64,000 nucleotides of DNA, taken from NCBI GenBank assembly GCA_964510645.1, contig CAZECJ010000002.1, positions 11,432 to 75,431 of the forward strand. Reading direction: 5' to 3'. The notes beneath the pieces are model-generated. The model was not told the origin of the DNA, searched no databases, and saw only the letters and a list, made by a program, of their open reading frames with translations. Both the position numbers and the translations under genes were made by a program. This document shows, one piece after another, positions 52,265 to 60,640 of this stretch (within the stretch, counting starts at the first letter, position 1; every line of letters starts with the position of its first letter). Source of the stretch: an uncultured Verrucomicrobiota bacterium (GTDB taxonomy: Bacteria > Verrucomicrobiota > Kiritimatiellia > CAIQIC01 > Lenti-01).

Positions 52265-53764
52265 ATGACCATGAGGCTGCAGGAAAGACAACGGTGGGCG
52301 CGGGAACGCATCGTGCCCGCGGAGATCGGGAAATATCTGCGCGCGGACGGCTCGGATTTCGTCAACGACGCGGAGATTTTCCGTCTGCTGCAGGAAACCG
52401 GCGAGCCCGCGGCGGCGCAGGTGCGCGACGTCGTCGCGAAGGCGCTGGCGGTGCAGACCCTTTCGCAGGCGGAAGTGGCGACGCTGCTGCGCGTGCGCGA
52501 TCCGGGGCTGTGGGACGAGATGCGCGCGGCAGCCGGCGCCATCAAGCGCAAGGTGTACGACAACCGCATCGTGACGTTCGCCCCGCTCTACCTGAGCAGC
52601 AAGTGCGTGAACAACTGCGTCTATTGCGGCCTGCGCAGCTCGAACGACGCCGTGGAACGGCGCGTGCTGGCGATGGACGCCGTGCGCGCCGAAACCGAGG
52701 CGCTGGCCGGCAAGCTGGGCCACAAGCGCTTGATCGTGGTCTACGGCGAGCATCCGGAATCGGGCGTGGACTACATCGCCGAAAGCATCCGCGCGGTCTA
52801 TTCCGTGAAGGTGCAGACGCGCCGGGGCGTCGGCCAGATCCGCCGCGTGAACGTGAACGCCGCGCCGATGCGCGTGGCGGAGCTGAAGGTTCTGCACGAA
52901 TGCGGGCTGGGCACCTACCAGGTGTTCCAGGAGACCTACGACCGGCGCGCCTACGCGCAGCTGCATCCGGCGGGGACGATCAAGGGCGACTTCCGCTGGC
53001 GGCTGACGGCCATGCACCGCGCGCAGGACGCGGGCATCGACGACAACGGCATCGGCATCCTCTGCGGCCTGTCCGACTGGCGCTTCGAGCTGCTGGCGCA
53101 GCAGGCGCACGTGCACGAAATGGAGCGCTTCTGCGGCATCGGCCCGCATACGCTGTCCTTCCCGCGCCTCGAGCCCGCCGTCAACACGCCGTTCCTCGAG
53201 CAACCGGCCTGGCGCGTCAGCGACGCCGATTTCGAGCGCATCGTGGTGCTGGCGCGGCTGGCCGTGCCGTATGCGGGCCTGATCATCACCGCGCGCGAAT
53301 CGCCGGAGATGCGCCGGCGCCTGCTGCCGCTGGGCGTGACGCAGATGGACGCCGCCTCGAACGTCGGCGTCGGCGCCTACGCCGACGGGCAGGAAAAGCA
53401 AAAGGGCGAGCGCCAGCAGTTCATCCTGGGCGACCCGCGCGGCCTCGACGAGGTCGTGCGCGAGTGGGCCGGCTTGGGCTGCATCACCAGCTTCTGCACC
53501 GCGGGCTACCGCTGCGGGCGCACGGGCAAGTGCATCATGGACCTCCTGCGCAGCGGCGCCGAGGGCAAGTTCTGCAAGCTCAACGCCGTGCTGACCTTCA
53601 AGGAATGGCTCGACGACTTCGCCACGCCCGAAACCCAGGCCGTCGGGGAGGCGCTGCTGCAAAAGGAACTCGCCGAGGTGCGCCGGACCCAGCCGAAGAT
53701 CTGGCCGGCGTTCTGGGCGAACTACGAACGCACCGCCGCCGGCGAGCGCGATCTCTACTTCTAG
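52265..53764 (+). CDS. hydG: Radical SAM tyrosine-lyase family protein, HydG-like (ThiH/HydG)
   Basis: 'KRKVYDNRIVTFAPLYLSSKCVNNCVYCGLRSSN' is the HydG/ThiH CxxxCxxC context. The N-terminal 'DAEIFRLLQE...' is present. The C-terminal 'ITSFCTAGYRCGRTGKCIMDL' resembles the HydG auxiliary-cluster region (canonical 'SFCTACYR'). Confidence 0.65.
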   Translation: MTMRLQERQRWARERIVPAEIGKYLRADGSDFVNDAEIFRLLQETGEPAAAQVRDVVAKALAVQTLSQAEVATLLRVRDPGLWDEMRAAAGAIKRKVYDNRIVTFAPLYLSSKCVNNCVYCGLRSSNDAVERRVLAMDAVRAETEALAGKLGHKRLIVVYGEHPESGVDYIAESIRAVYSVKVQTRRGVGQIRRVNVNAAPMRVAELKVLHECGLGTYQVFQETYDRRAYAQLHPAGTIKGDFRWRLTAMHRAQDAGIDDNGIGILCGLSDWRFELLAQQAHVHEMERFCGIGPHTLSFPRLEPAVNTPFLEQPAWRVSDADFERIVVLARLAVPYAGLIITARESPEMRRRLLPLGVTQMDAASNVGVGAYADGQEKQKGERQQFILGDPRGLDEVVREWAGLGCITSFCTAGYRCGRTGKCIMDLLRSGAEGKFCKLNAVLTFKEWLDDFATPETQAVGEALLQKELAEVRRTQPKIWPAFWANYERTAAGERDLYF

Positions 53765-53819
53765 GATGGACAGCGCCCCGCGCCCGGTGGCAAGATGACT
53801 TGTTTGTGAGGACAGAACC

Positions 53820-54782
53820 GTGACCATTCGATTGTCGCCCAACCATCGGCTGAAGCCGCTGTTCGACCGGAACCACGTGGCGTGGCTGAGCGAACAGGAG
53901 GCCGAACACCAGGACATCCGCCCGCTGCGCATCGGCATCCTGAACATCATGCCGCACGCGGAGGACTACGAGTTCAACCTCTTGGCGCCGATGGGCCGCA
54001 GCATCCTCCAGATCGTGCCCATCTGGATCCGGCTGCAAACGCACGACTACAAGAGTTCCGACCACGCCCACCTCGACCGGCACTACGTGCCCTACGACTG
54101 GGCGCAGTCCGTGGCGTCCCTCGACGGCCTGATCGTGACGGGCGCGCCGGTCGAAGAGCTGCCGTGGGAGACCGTGACCTACTGGAAGGAACTGTGCGGG
54201 ATCGTCGATGCGGCGAAGGCCGGCGGCACCTGCATCCTCGGCATCTGCTGGGGCGGCCTCGCGCTGGCGAAGTACCTCGGCATCGAGAAGAAAATGTATC
54301 CGCAGAAGGTGTTCGGCGTCTATCCCACGCGCAACCTCGTGCCGGGCCATCCCATCACCGGCGGGCTCGACGACGTGTTCCAATGTCCGCAGAGCCGGCA
54401 TTCCGGCATCGACGACGCCGTGCTCGAGGCCGCGGAAAAGGACGGCAAGCTCCGCCTGCTCGCGCACGCGGAAAAAGGCGGCTACACGATTTTCGAGACC
54501 CCCGACCACCAGATCGTCATGCATCTGGGCCACCAGGAATACAATTCCTCGCGCCTGCTGAGCGAGGCGCGCCGCGATCTCCTGAAGAAACGGCCCGACG
54601 TCGGCCCGCTGGAAAACCTCGACGAGAAGAACCCCGTCAACACCTGGCGGGCGAACCGCAACGAGTTCTTCAATTCCTGGATCAAGTACGTCTACCTGAC
54701 CACGCCCTTCGCCAAGGCGCAGACGGCGTCCGCGCGGACCAACGAGATCGTGGTGGCCGACGGCCCCGGCGGCGCGACATGA
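53820..54782 (+). CDS. metA: Homoserine O-acyltransferase (MetA family)
   Basis: 'RPLRIGILNIMPHAEDYEFNLLAPMG...IWIRLQTHDYKSS...LDGLIVTGAPVEELPWETVTYWKEL...ILGICWGGLALAKYLGIEK' includes the catalytic Cys context. The start is GTG. Confidence 0.85.
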   Translation: MTIRLSPNHRLKPLFDRNHVAWLSEQEAEHQDIRPLRIGILNIMPHAEDYEFNLLAPMGRSILQIVPIWIRLQTHDYKSSDHAHLDRHYVPYDWAQSVASLDGLIVTGAPVEELPWETVTYWKELCGIVDAAKAGGTCILGICWGGLALAKYLGIEKKMYPQKVFGVYPTRNLVPGHPITGGLDDVFQCPQSRHSGIDDAVLEAAEKDGKLRLLAHAEKGGYTIFETPDHQIVMHLGHQEYNSSRLLSEARRDLLKKRPDVGPLENLDEKNPVNTWRANRNEFFNSWIKYVYLTTPFAKAQTASARTNEIVVADGPGGAT

Positions 54783-55777
54783 GGGTGGCGGTCATCGGCG
54801 ACGGGGGCTGGGGCACCGCGCTGGCGCTGACGCTGGCCCGCAACGGCCACGCCCCGCGCGTCTGGGGGCCGGCGGCCGACTACGTCGCGGAAATCCGGGC
54901 AACCCGCCGCAACCGCAAGTTCCTGGCCGGCGTCGAGCTGCCGGACACCATCGCCTGGACGGCCGATCCGGACGAAGCGCTGGCCGGCGCGGAAGCCGTC
55001 GTCATGGTCGTGCCCTCGAAATACGTGCGCGCCACGCTCGAAGGCTTCGCGGCCGCGTACCGCGCCGCGGGCGCGCCGCCCGTCGTCAGCGCCACCAAGG
55101 GCTTCGACGAATCCACCCAGGAGCGCATGACGGAAATCCTCTCCGAACTATGGGGCGCGCAGCATCCGGCGGCGCTGTCCGGCCCGAGCATCGCGCCCGA
55201 AACCGCGCGCGGCGTGCCCACGGCCGTGACGATCGCCTGCGCCGACGAAGCCATGGCGCGCCGGTTCCAGGAGCTCTTCACGGGCGACACGTTCCGCGTC
55301 TACACGAGCGACGACGTGCGCGGCGTCGAGCTCGGCGGCGCGCTGAAGAACGTCATCGCCCTCGCGGCCGGCATCTGCGACGGCCTCGGCTTCGGCAACA
55401 ACGCCAAGGCGGCGTTGATCACGCGCGGCCTGGCCGAGATGGCGCGCCTGGGGGTGGCGCTGGGCGCGCATCCGCAGACCTTCTACGGCCTGAGCGGCAT
55501 CGGCGACCTGATGGTGACCTGCATGAGCCCGCACAGCCGCAACCGCACCGTCGGCGAGCGCCTCGGGCGCGGCGAGACCGTCGCGCAGATCCTGTCCGGC
55601 ATGGAGCAGGTGGCCGAAGGCGTCTGCACCTGCGGCCCGGCGCTGGCGCTCGCGCGCGCCGCCGGCGTGGCCGCGCCCGTCATGGAACAGGTCGACGCCA
55701 TCCTGCACCGCGGCAAGCAGCCCAAAGCCGCCGTCGTCGAACTGATGCGCCGCGATCCGCGCGCCGAACGCGATTAG
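54779..55777 (+). CDS. gpsA: NAD(P)H-dependent glycerol-3-phosphate dehydrogenase
   Basis: 'MRVAVIGDGGWGTALALTLARNGH', 'NRKFLAGVELPDTI', 'SGPSIAPETARGVPTAV', 'GGALKNVIALAAGICDGLGFGNNAKAALITRGLAEM' and 'SRNRTVGERLGRGE' are present. The start shows an ATGA overlap with metA. Confidence 0.9.
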   Translation: MRVAVIGDGGWGTALALTLARNGHAPRVWGPAADYVAEIRATRRNRKFLAGVELPDTIAWTADPDEALAGAEAVVMVVPSKYVRATLEGFAAAYRAAGAPPVVSATKGFDESTQERMTEILSELWGAQHPAALSGPSIAPETARGVPTAVTIACADEAMARRFQELFTGDTFRVYTSDDVRGVELGGALKNVIALAAGICDGLGFGNNAKAALITRGLAEMARLGVALGAHPQTFYGLSGIGDLMVTCMSPHSRNRTVGERLGRGETVAQILSGMEQVAEGVCTCGPALALARAAGVAAPVMEQVDAILHRGKQPKAAVVELMRRDPRAERD

Positions 55778-55787
55778 GAATTCCGCC

Positions 55788-56465
55788 GTGCCTATCGCCG
55801 AAAAAACGACCCTCCTGCTCGTGGACGACCACGCCATCGTGCGCCAAGGCCTCGCCGCGCTGCTGGCGCGCGAAGCGGACTTTGCCGTCGCCGGCGAGGC
55901 GGGCACCTACGAAGACGGCCTCGCCGCGCTGTTCAGCCTGAATCCCGGCGCCGTCGTGCTGGACCTGTCCCTCCGCGACCGCAGCGGCCTCGACTGGATT
56001 CGCGCGGCGCGCGCGCAAGGCTACGCCGGAAAAATCCTCGTGCTCTCGATGCACGACGAAGGCCTCTACGCCGAAAAGGCGCTCCGCGCGGGCGCGCAGG
56101 GCTACGTCATGAAAGACCAGGCCGAAGACGCGCTCGTCGCCGCGCTGCGGAAGGTGATGGCCGGCCAGACCTACCTGAGTCCGGCGGCGGAAAAGCTCCT
56201 GGCCGGGCATCCCGGCGCCGCCGAAAAGGAAGCGGACGGATTCGAAGGCCTCACCGCGCGCGAAAGCGAAATCCTCTCCGCCATCGGCGGCGGCCTCACC
56301 ACGCGCGACATCGCCGAGAAATTCGGCCTGAGCGGGCGCACCGTCGACGTGCACCGCGTCAACATCAAGCGCAAGCTCGGCTGCGCCTCCCTCGCCGAAG
56401 TGCTCGTCAAGGCCGTGGAATTCAAGCGCGCGCAAGACGAGGCCCTCCAGCCCCCGGCGCTCTGA
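55788..56465 (+). CDS. Response regulator, NarL/LuxR (REC + HTH) family
   Basis: 'LLLVDDHAIVRQGLAALL', 'VVLDLSLRDRSGLDWI' and 'ILVLSMHDE' form the REC domain. 'LTARESEILSAIGGGLTTRDIAEKFGLSGRTVDVHRVNIKRKLG' is the LuxR HTH. Confidence 0.9.
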   Translation: MPIAEKTTLLLVDDHAIVRQGLAALLAREADFAVAGEAGTYEDGLAALFSLNPGAVVLDLSLRDRSGLDWIRAARAQGYAGKILVLSMHDEGLYAEKALRAGAQGYVMKDQAEDALVAALRKVMAGQTYLSPAAEKLLAGHPGAAEKEADGFEGLTARESEILSAIGGGLTTRDIAEKFGLSGRTVDVHRVNIKRKLGCASLAEVLVKAVEFKRAQDEALQPPAL

Positions 56466-56508
56466 GCCCCTCCGATCCTCCGTCCCCGCTGCGGGGAGTC
56501 GCGGCTCG

Positions 56509-57288
56509 TCAGAGGCCGTCGTCGATCGTTCCCGCCGTGACGACGATCAGGAGATGCTTTTGTTCTTCGACTTCCCGGCTGCTGCGGAACAAGCGCCCCA
56601 GCCATGGAATGGCACCGAGGACGGGCACTCGATCTTCAATGCGTTTCGTTTCCTGCTGGATCAGGCCACTCAGGACGACCGTGCCGTGGTTGGGCAGGGA
56701 CAGGGTTGTCGCGGTATGGCGGGCGGTACGGATGGGTTGGGGGAACTGGGCGGTGCGCGGGATGCCGTCGATGCCTTCATAGGGGATGGCATATTCCTTC
56801 CAAGCCAGGTCCGAGGCCACTTCCGCGTCCACTTGCAAATCGATCCAGTCGCGCCGGGCGTCGTACGTCGGCGTGGCCTCCAGCGTGACGCCCTCCGCGA
56901 TCGTTTCGAAATGGCTCGGCACCACGGCCACCCCCCGCACGACCTCTTCCCCGTTCGTTTCCGCGAAGGAGCGGATCTCCACTTCGGTGGGATAGCGATA
57001 TTCGCGGACCACCTTGACGGTCGCGTTCGATCCGGACCGGGTCCGGACTCGCGGGGCCGACAGCACGTCCATGCCGTGGGAGGTTTGCAGCGCGGCGAGG
57101 AGGTGGGTGTCCTGCCGCGCGATGGAAGTGAATCCGTTGGTTCCGTTCAGCTTCCATTCCCCGGCGACGGATTTGGCTGCGGATTCGGAAAATTCGACGA
57201 AGCGTACTTCGACCTCGATCAAAGGGGGGGCCGCCAGTGCGGTCCCCGCCAAGAGGAGGCTGCCTATCCATGCCCAGGGGAATTTCAT
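56509..57288 (-). CDS. Short secretin-domain outer-membrane protein (GspD/PilQ C-terminal domain only)
   Basis: The signal peptide is 'MKFPWAWIGSLLLAGTALAAPP'. 'VLSAPRVRTRSGSNATVKV' and 'VVLSGLIQQETKRIEDRVPVLGAIPWLGRLFRSSREVEEQKHLLIVVT' are the secretin signature. GGAG precedes ATG 57288. Confidence 0.7.
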   Translation of the reverse strand: MKFPWAWIGSLLLAGTALAAPPLIEVEVRFVEFSESAAKSVAGEWKLNGTNGFTSIARQDTHLLAALQTSHGMDVLSAPRVRTRSGSNATVKVVREYRYPTEVEIRSFAETNGEEVVRGVAVVPSHFETIAEGVTLEATPTYDARRDWIDLQVDAEVASDLAWKEYAIPYEGIDGIPRTAQFPQPIRTARHTATTLSLPNHGTVVLSGLIQQETKRIEDRVPVLGAIPWLGRLFRSSREVEEQKHLLIVVTAGTIDDGL

Positions 57289-57406
57289 GTTTTCTCCTTC
57301 CCAGCGGCCCCGAAAAACCAGGAGTCGTTTTCGAAGGTACACACCCGGATGCGGGGAGGCAAGACGCTTCCCGCGACAGACGATTCTCGGTTTCCGGAGT
57401 AGAAAG

Positions 57407-57509
57407 TTTTCCACGCTGCGGAAATCATTTTTCCACGGCGTGGAAAAATCGGGCAAAGTTTTTACGTTCTACGTAATTTTCGCTGAAAGTTTTTACGTTC
57501 CGTGGAAAA
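57407..57509. repeat. Array of four copies/variants of the TTTTCCAC-N3-GTGGAAAA palindrome
   Basis: The copies are TTTTCCACgctGCGGAAA (57407..57424), TTTTTCCACggcGTGGAAAAA (57428..57448), the variant TTTTTACGTtctACGTAA (57459..57476) and the hybrid TTTTACGTtccGTGGAAAA (57491..57509). Centre spacings are 22, 31 and 31 bp. Confidence 0.85.
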
Positions 57510-57515
57510 CCGGGG

Positions 57516-57543
57516 AATATACTTGTTTGTAAACAAGTATATT
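57516..57543. repeat. Perfect AT-rich inverted repeat AATATACTTGTTT-gt-AAACAAGTATATT
   Basis: The arms are 13 nt with a 2-nt spacer, read directly from the sequence. It lies 21 nt downstream of the stop of CDS 57565..59007 (minus strand). Confidence 0.85.
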
Positions 57544-57564
57544 TCGACCGAGATGCGCGGGGCG

Positions 57565-59007
57565 TCAGTCGAGCGAGTATTCCAGAAGGGCCGCATGGAA
57601 CGCATCGCCCGAGCCGGCGAGTAGACGCTCGGAGCCGGAGGCTCCGGCAGGCACGGCGGCGAGGGCGGGCGCGAGGTTGCCCATGACGGCTTCGACGTCC
57701 TGATGGACCAGCTTCCCGCCGCTGTCGTAGACGTAGAGCACGGCGAGATCGGGATGCAGGTTCTTCCGGACCGCCAGATAGGCGGGGGCATCGGCGCGGA
57801 ACGTCACGGGGATGGCCGCCACGGCGCCAAAGCTCCGGCAGCCGGGGGCTTCCAGCCGGCGGACTTCGTTGCCGTCCAGATCCACGATCCGGATCTGGTT
57901 TTCTTCCGTGAGCAGCAGATTGGGCCGGTCCGGTTGGCCCGGCCAATCGACGAGGGCAAATGCGGAGGATGTCGTATCGAGGTTGAGCTTGCTCTCGAAC
58001 AGCCCGGTCGCGCCCACGGTCGTGAAGTCGGTCGCGCGGCCGGCATTCTTGGACTGGCTATAGAAGATGCCCTGCCGGCCGTTGCGGAGGACATTCGCCA
58101 TTTCCAGATGTCCCGGCGAATCGATTGGGTGGGTCCAGCGGATCTGGCCGGCTTCGTCCACGAGCAGGAGTCCGCCCCCGTAGCGATAGAAAACCGCGAA
58201 TTCGGGCCGGCCATCGCCGTCGAGGTCTCCGCTGCCTACGCCGTCGATCGTCTGGCCGGGAGCCAGTTTTTCGCCGGCGCGCCAGAGTTCGTTGCCCTCG
58301 GCATCGAGGAGGGCGGCGTATTCGAACAGCTTGTGGACGATGAACTGGCCGGTGAACACGCCCTCGGCCCATACCGGGGCGACCGTTTGGTAATAGTTGG
58401 TCGTGAACTCCAAACGGGTTTTCACGGCATAGCGGGCGTCGAGCCGGACCGCGCCCCGGTGGAAGGCCACGAGGAGTTCCCCGGAACCGTCGATCCGGTG
58501 GATGCCGCAGATGCCGCGCAGGTCCTGATCTTCCAAGACGGTGCGACGGGTCAGAACTCCAGGGGCGGGCTTGGCCAGCAAGGCCTTGAGTTCCTCCGGG
58601 CGTTCGTTGCGCATGGACATCATGCCGACCTGGAAGGACAGGGGCCGGAAAGCAAAGAAAAAGAGCGGCAGGCAGGCGAGAACGACGATCCAGCGGACGA
58701 GCCGGCGCGCCTTCGGGAAGAACCGCACGACGAGACGGTCCGCCAGCCACGGGAGGACGAACCACATCACCGAGCCCAAAACCCCGAAGGAGATCAGCGG
58801 CGAGCTCATGACGGCTTTGCCGACGGCGTCGGGCAGCAGCGTCTGGAGAAGCCAGAGCGGAGCGTCCAAGACGACGAAGGGCAGGAAGGCCAATCCCGCC
58901 GTGCTGGATTTCGAACTGGACATGGCCACGTAGGCCAGCACCGCCAGAAGGAAATGAAGCGCGGCGGTCATCAGGCCGATTTTAAAGCCGACGGATTTGG
59001 GCGTCAT
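57565..59007 (-). CDS. Polytopic membrane protein with C-terminal FG-GAP/beta-propeller-like domain
   Basis: About five N-terminal TM segments are followed by 'IDGVGSGDLDGDGRPEFAVFYRYGGGLLLVDEAGQIRW' (FG-GAP/VCBS-like Ca-binding loop) and repeated beta-strand units. GGAG precedes ATG 59007. The start shows an ATGA overlap with the upstream gene. Confidence 0.5.
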   Translation of the reverse strand: MTPKSVGFKIGLMTAALHFLLAVLAYVAMSSSKSSTAGLAFLPFVVLDAPLWLLQTLLPDAVGKAVMSSPLISFGVLGSVMWFVLPWLADRLVVRFFPKARRLVRWIVVLACLPLFFFAFRPLSFQVGMMSMRNERPEELKALLAKPAPGVLTRRTVLEDQDLRGICGIHRIDGSGELLVAFHRGAVRLDARYAVKTRLEFTTNYYQTVAPVWAEGVFTGQFIVHKLFEYAALLDAEGNELWRAGEKLAPGQTIDGVGSGDLDGDGRPEFAVFYRYGGGLLLVDEAGQIRWTHPIDSPGHLEMANVLRNGRQGIFYSQSKNAGRATDFTTVGATGLFESKLNLDTTSSAFALVDWPGQPDRPNLLLTEENQIRIVDLDGNEVRRLEAPGCRSFGAVAAIPVTFRADAPAYLAVRKNLHPDLAVLYVYDSGGKLVHQDVEAVMGNLAPALAAVPAGASGSERLLAGSGDAFHAALLEYSLD

Positions 59008-60008
59008 GGGCGATCTCCTGGGCGGGTTTGGGTTGGTTCGATGAACGGGGCGAGGAAGGCTGCGACGGCGGCGCGCCATGGGTCGGGATATTTCGCGGCG
59101 TAGGAATCGTGGCCGACGTCGTTGAAAACGACGAATTGCTTGCGGCGGCTGGGAGCGGCCTCGAAAACGCGGCGGCCTTCGTCGAGGGTGGCGCGGGGAT
59201 CGTCCGCGCCGTGCAGGAAGAGGACGGGGCACTCCAGCGACGTCGCGTAATCGACGGGATTGTGGGCGAAGCCGTTGAAGCCGAATTGCCGGCCGCCCCA
59301 GAACGTCAGCAGCTCGGCGGCGGGGAACGCCGGCACGCCCATGGCGTCGAACCGGTTGCGGACCGTGCCGAGCATGGCGTCGAAAACGGATTCGAGGATC
59401 ACCGCGTCCGGGGAGACGCCGAGTTCATGGATGGCGCGGAGGATGGCGGCGGAGCCCATGCTCTGGCCGTAGAGAATCCGCGCGGCATGCGGCAGACGTT
59501 CCTGCGCGTAGCGGACGGCGGCGGCGACGTCTTCCGCTTCGAGCCGGCCGAGAGTGGCGTAGCTTTCGGAGGATCCGCCCGAGCCGCGGAAATCGACCAG
59601 CAGGACGGACGCGCCCATGGCGTGGATTTCGCGCGCTTCCAGCAGGAGCCGGGTCTTGTCGGTGGAGTAGCCGTGGAAAAAGACCACGAGCGGTGCGCGC
59701 GCGCCAGAATCGGCGTACCAGGCCGAAAGTTCGATGTCGCGGGAGACGGGAATGGTTCGGACTTGGGCATCCGGGGCAAGGACCGAGGCTGGGCGTTCAT
59801 CCGCGGGGCGGGGAAGATGAACGCCGACGAGCAGGACCCGGAGTTTGGCGAGGGGCGCGAGGGCTTCGGGCTTTTCCGTGCGCGCGCCGTCGGCCGCGTA
59901 GCGCAGCAGGGCGTGCGCGTGGCGATAGGCGAGGGCGTTCAGCGCGGCGAATCCCGCGAGCAGCAGGAAGCCTAGAAGCAGAACCATGCGCCGGACCGGA
60001 GTCTTCAT
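59004..60008 (-). CDS. Alpha/beta hydrolase (membrane-anchored)
   Basis: An N-terminal TM segment 'MVLLLGFLLLAGFAAL' is present. 'PLVVFFHGYS', the nucleophile elbow 'GQSMG', 'LFLHGADD' and 'VGHD' follow. ATG 60008 is used; the ORF-track upstream extension is Arg/Pro-rich and was rejected. Confidence 0.8.
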   Translation of the reverse strand: MKTPVRRMVLLLGFLLLAGFAALNALAYRHAHALLRYAADGARTEKPEALAPLAKLRVLLVGVHLPRPADERPASVLAPDAQVRTIPVSRDIELSAWYADSGARAPLVVFFHGYSTDKTRLLLEAREIHAMGASVLLVDFRGSGGSSESYATLGRLEAEDVAAAVRYAQERLPHAARILYGQSMGSAAILRAIHELGVSPDAVILESVFDAMLGTVRNRFDAMGVPAFPAAELLTFWGGRQFGFNGFAHNPVDYATSLECPVLFLHGADDPRATLDEGRRVFEAAPSRRKQFVVFNDVGHDSYAAKYPDPWRAAVAAFLAPFIEPTQTRPGDRP

Positions 60009-60082
60009 CCGTCGGCAGGATGGCAAATGGCGCCGGATTTGGCCAGCGGAGTTCTCCCGGGGGGATCCGGCGGGAGCGGAGT

Positions 60083-60625
60083 TTACTTGAAGACGGGCGG
60101 CGAGGTCCGCAGGGTGACCGCGCGCGCATCGGCGCGCGATTCGTAGACGAGCAGCATGTGGTCGGGCGCATGCAGCCAGGCGGTGCGGCCGCCCCACTCG
60201 AGAACGAGGTTCGTGGAACTGGCGTAGGAACCGGCGACGCCGCCGAGCAAGCGGTCGTACAGCGCGGCGCGCGCCGCGGCATCGGGAGCCTGGTAGGTCA
60301 GTTCGGCCTGGACGAGTTGCTGCGCTTTGAAGGAGAAGCGCATGGCCGCCGGGCGGTCCTCTTCGGGGCGCCCGGGTTTTGCTTCCATCCGGGAGCGATC
60401 GTTTCCGGCGCGGGCGACGGCGAAGCCGGCGCCGTCGGGGTTCCGGTAATTCGGAACGGCGCGCACGGCGGTCTGGACGTCGTCTTCGGACATGCCGATC
60501 CGGAAGAGCGTCGTTTCCTGCCCTGCGGCGGGCGCCGGCGGTGGCGGCCGCGCGGTGGGTTTGTCGCGGCAGCCCAGCAAGGCGGCCGCGCCGAACAGGA
60601 CCAGGCAAAGACGGACGTTCTTCAT
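60083..60625 (-). CDS. Lipoprotein, unknown function
   Basis: The N-terminus 'MKNVRLCLVLFGAAALLGCRD' is a lipobox (L-L-G-C). No recognisable domain was found. Confidence 0.55.
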   Translation of the reverse strand: MKNVRLCLVLFGAAALLGCRDKPTARPPPPAPAAGQETTLFRIGMSEDDVQTAVRAVPNYRNPDGAGFAVARAGNDRSRMEAKPGRPEEDRPAAMRFSFKAQQLVQAELTYQAPDAAARAALYDRLLGGVAGSYASSTNLVLEWGGRTAWLHAPDHMLLVYESRADARAVTLRTSPPVFK

Positions 60626-60640
60626 GGCGCGGGATTCTGT

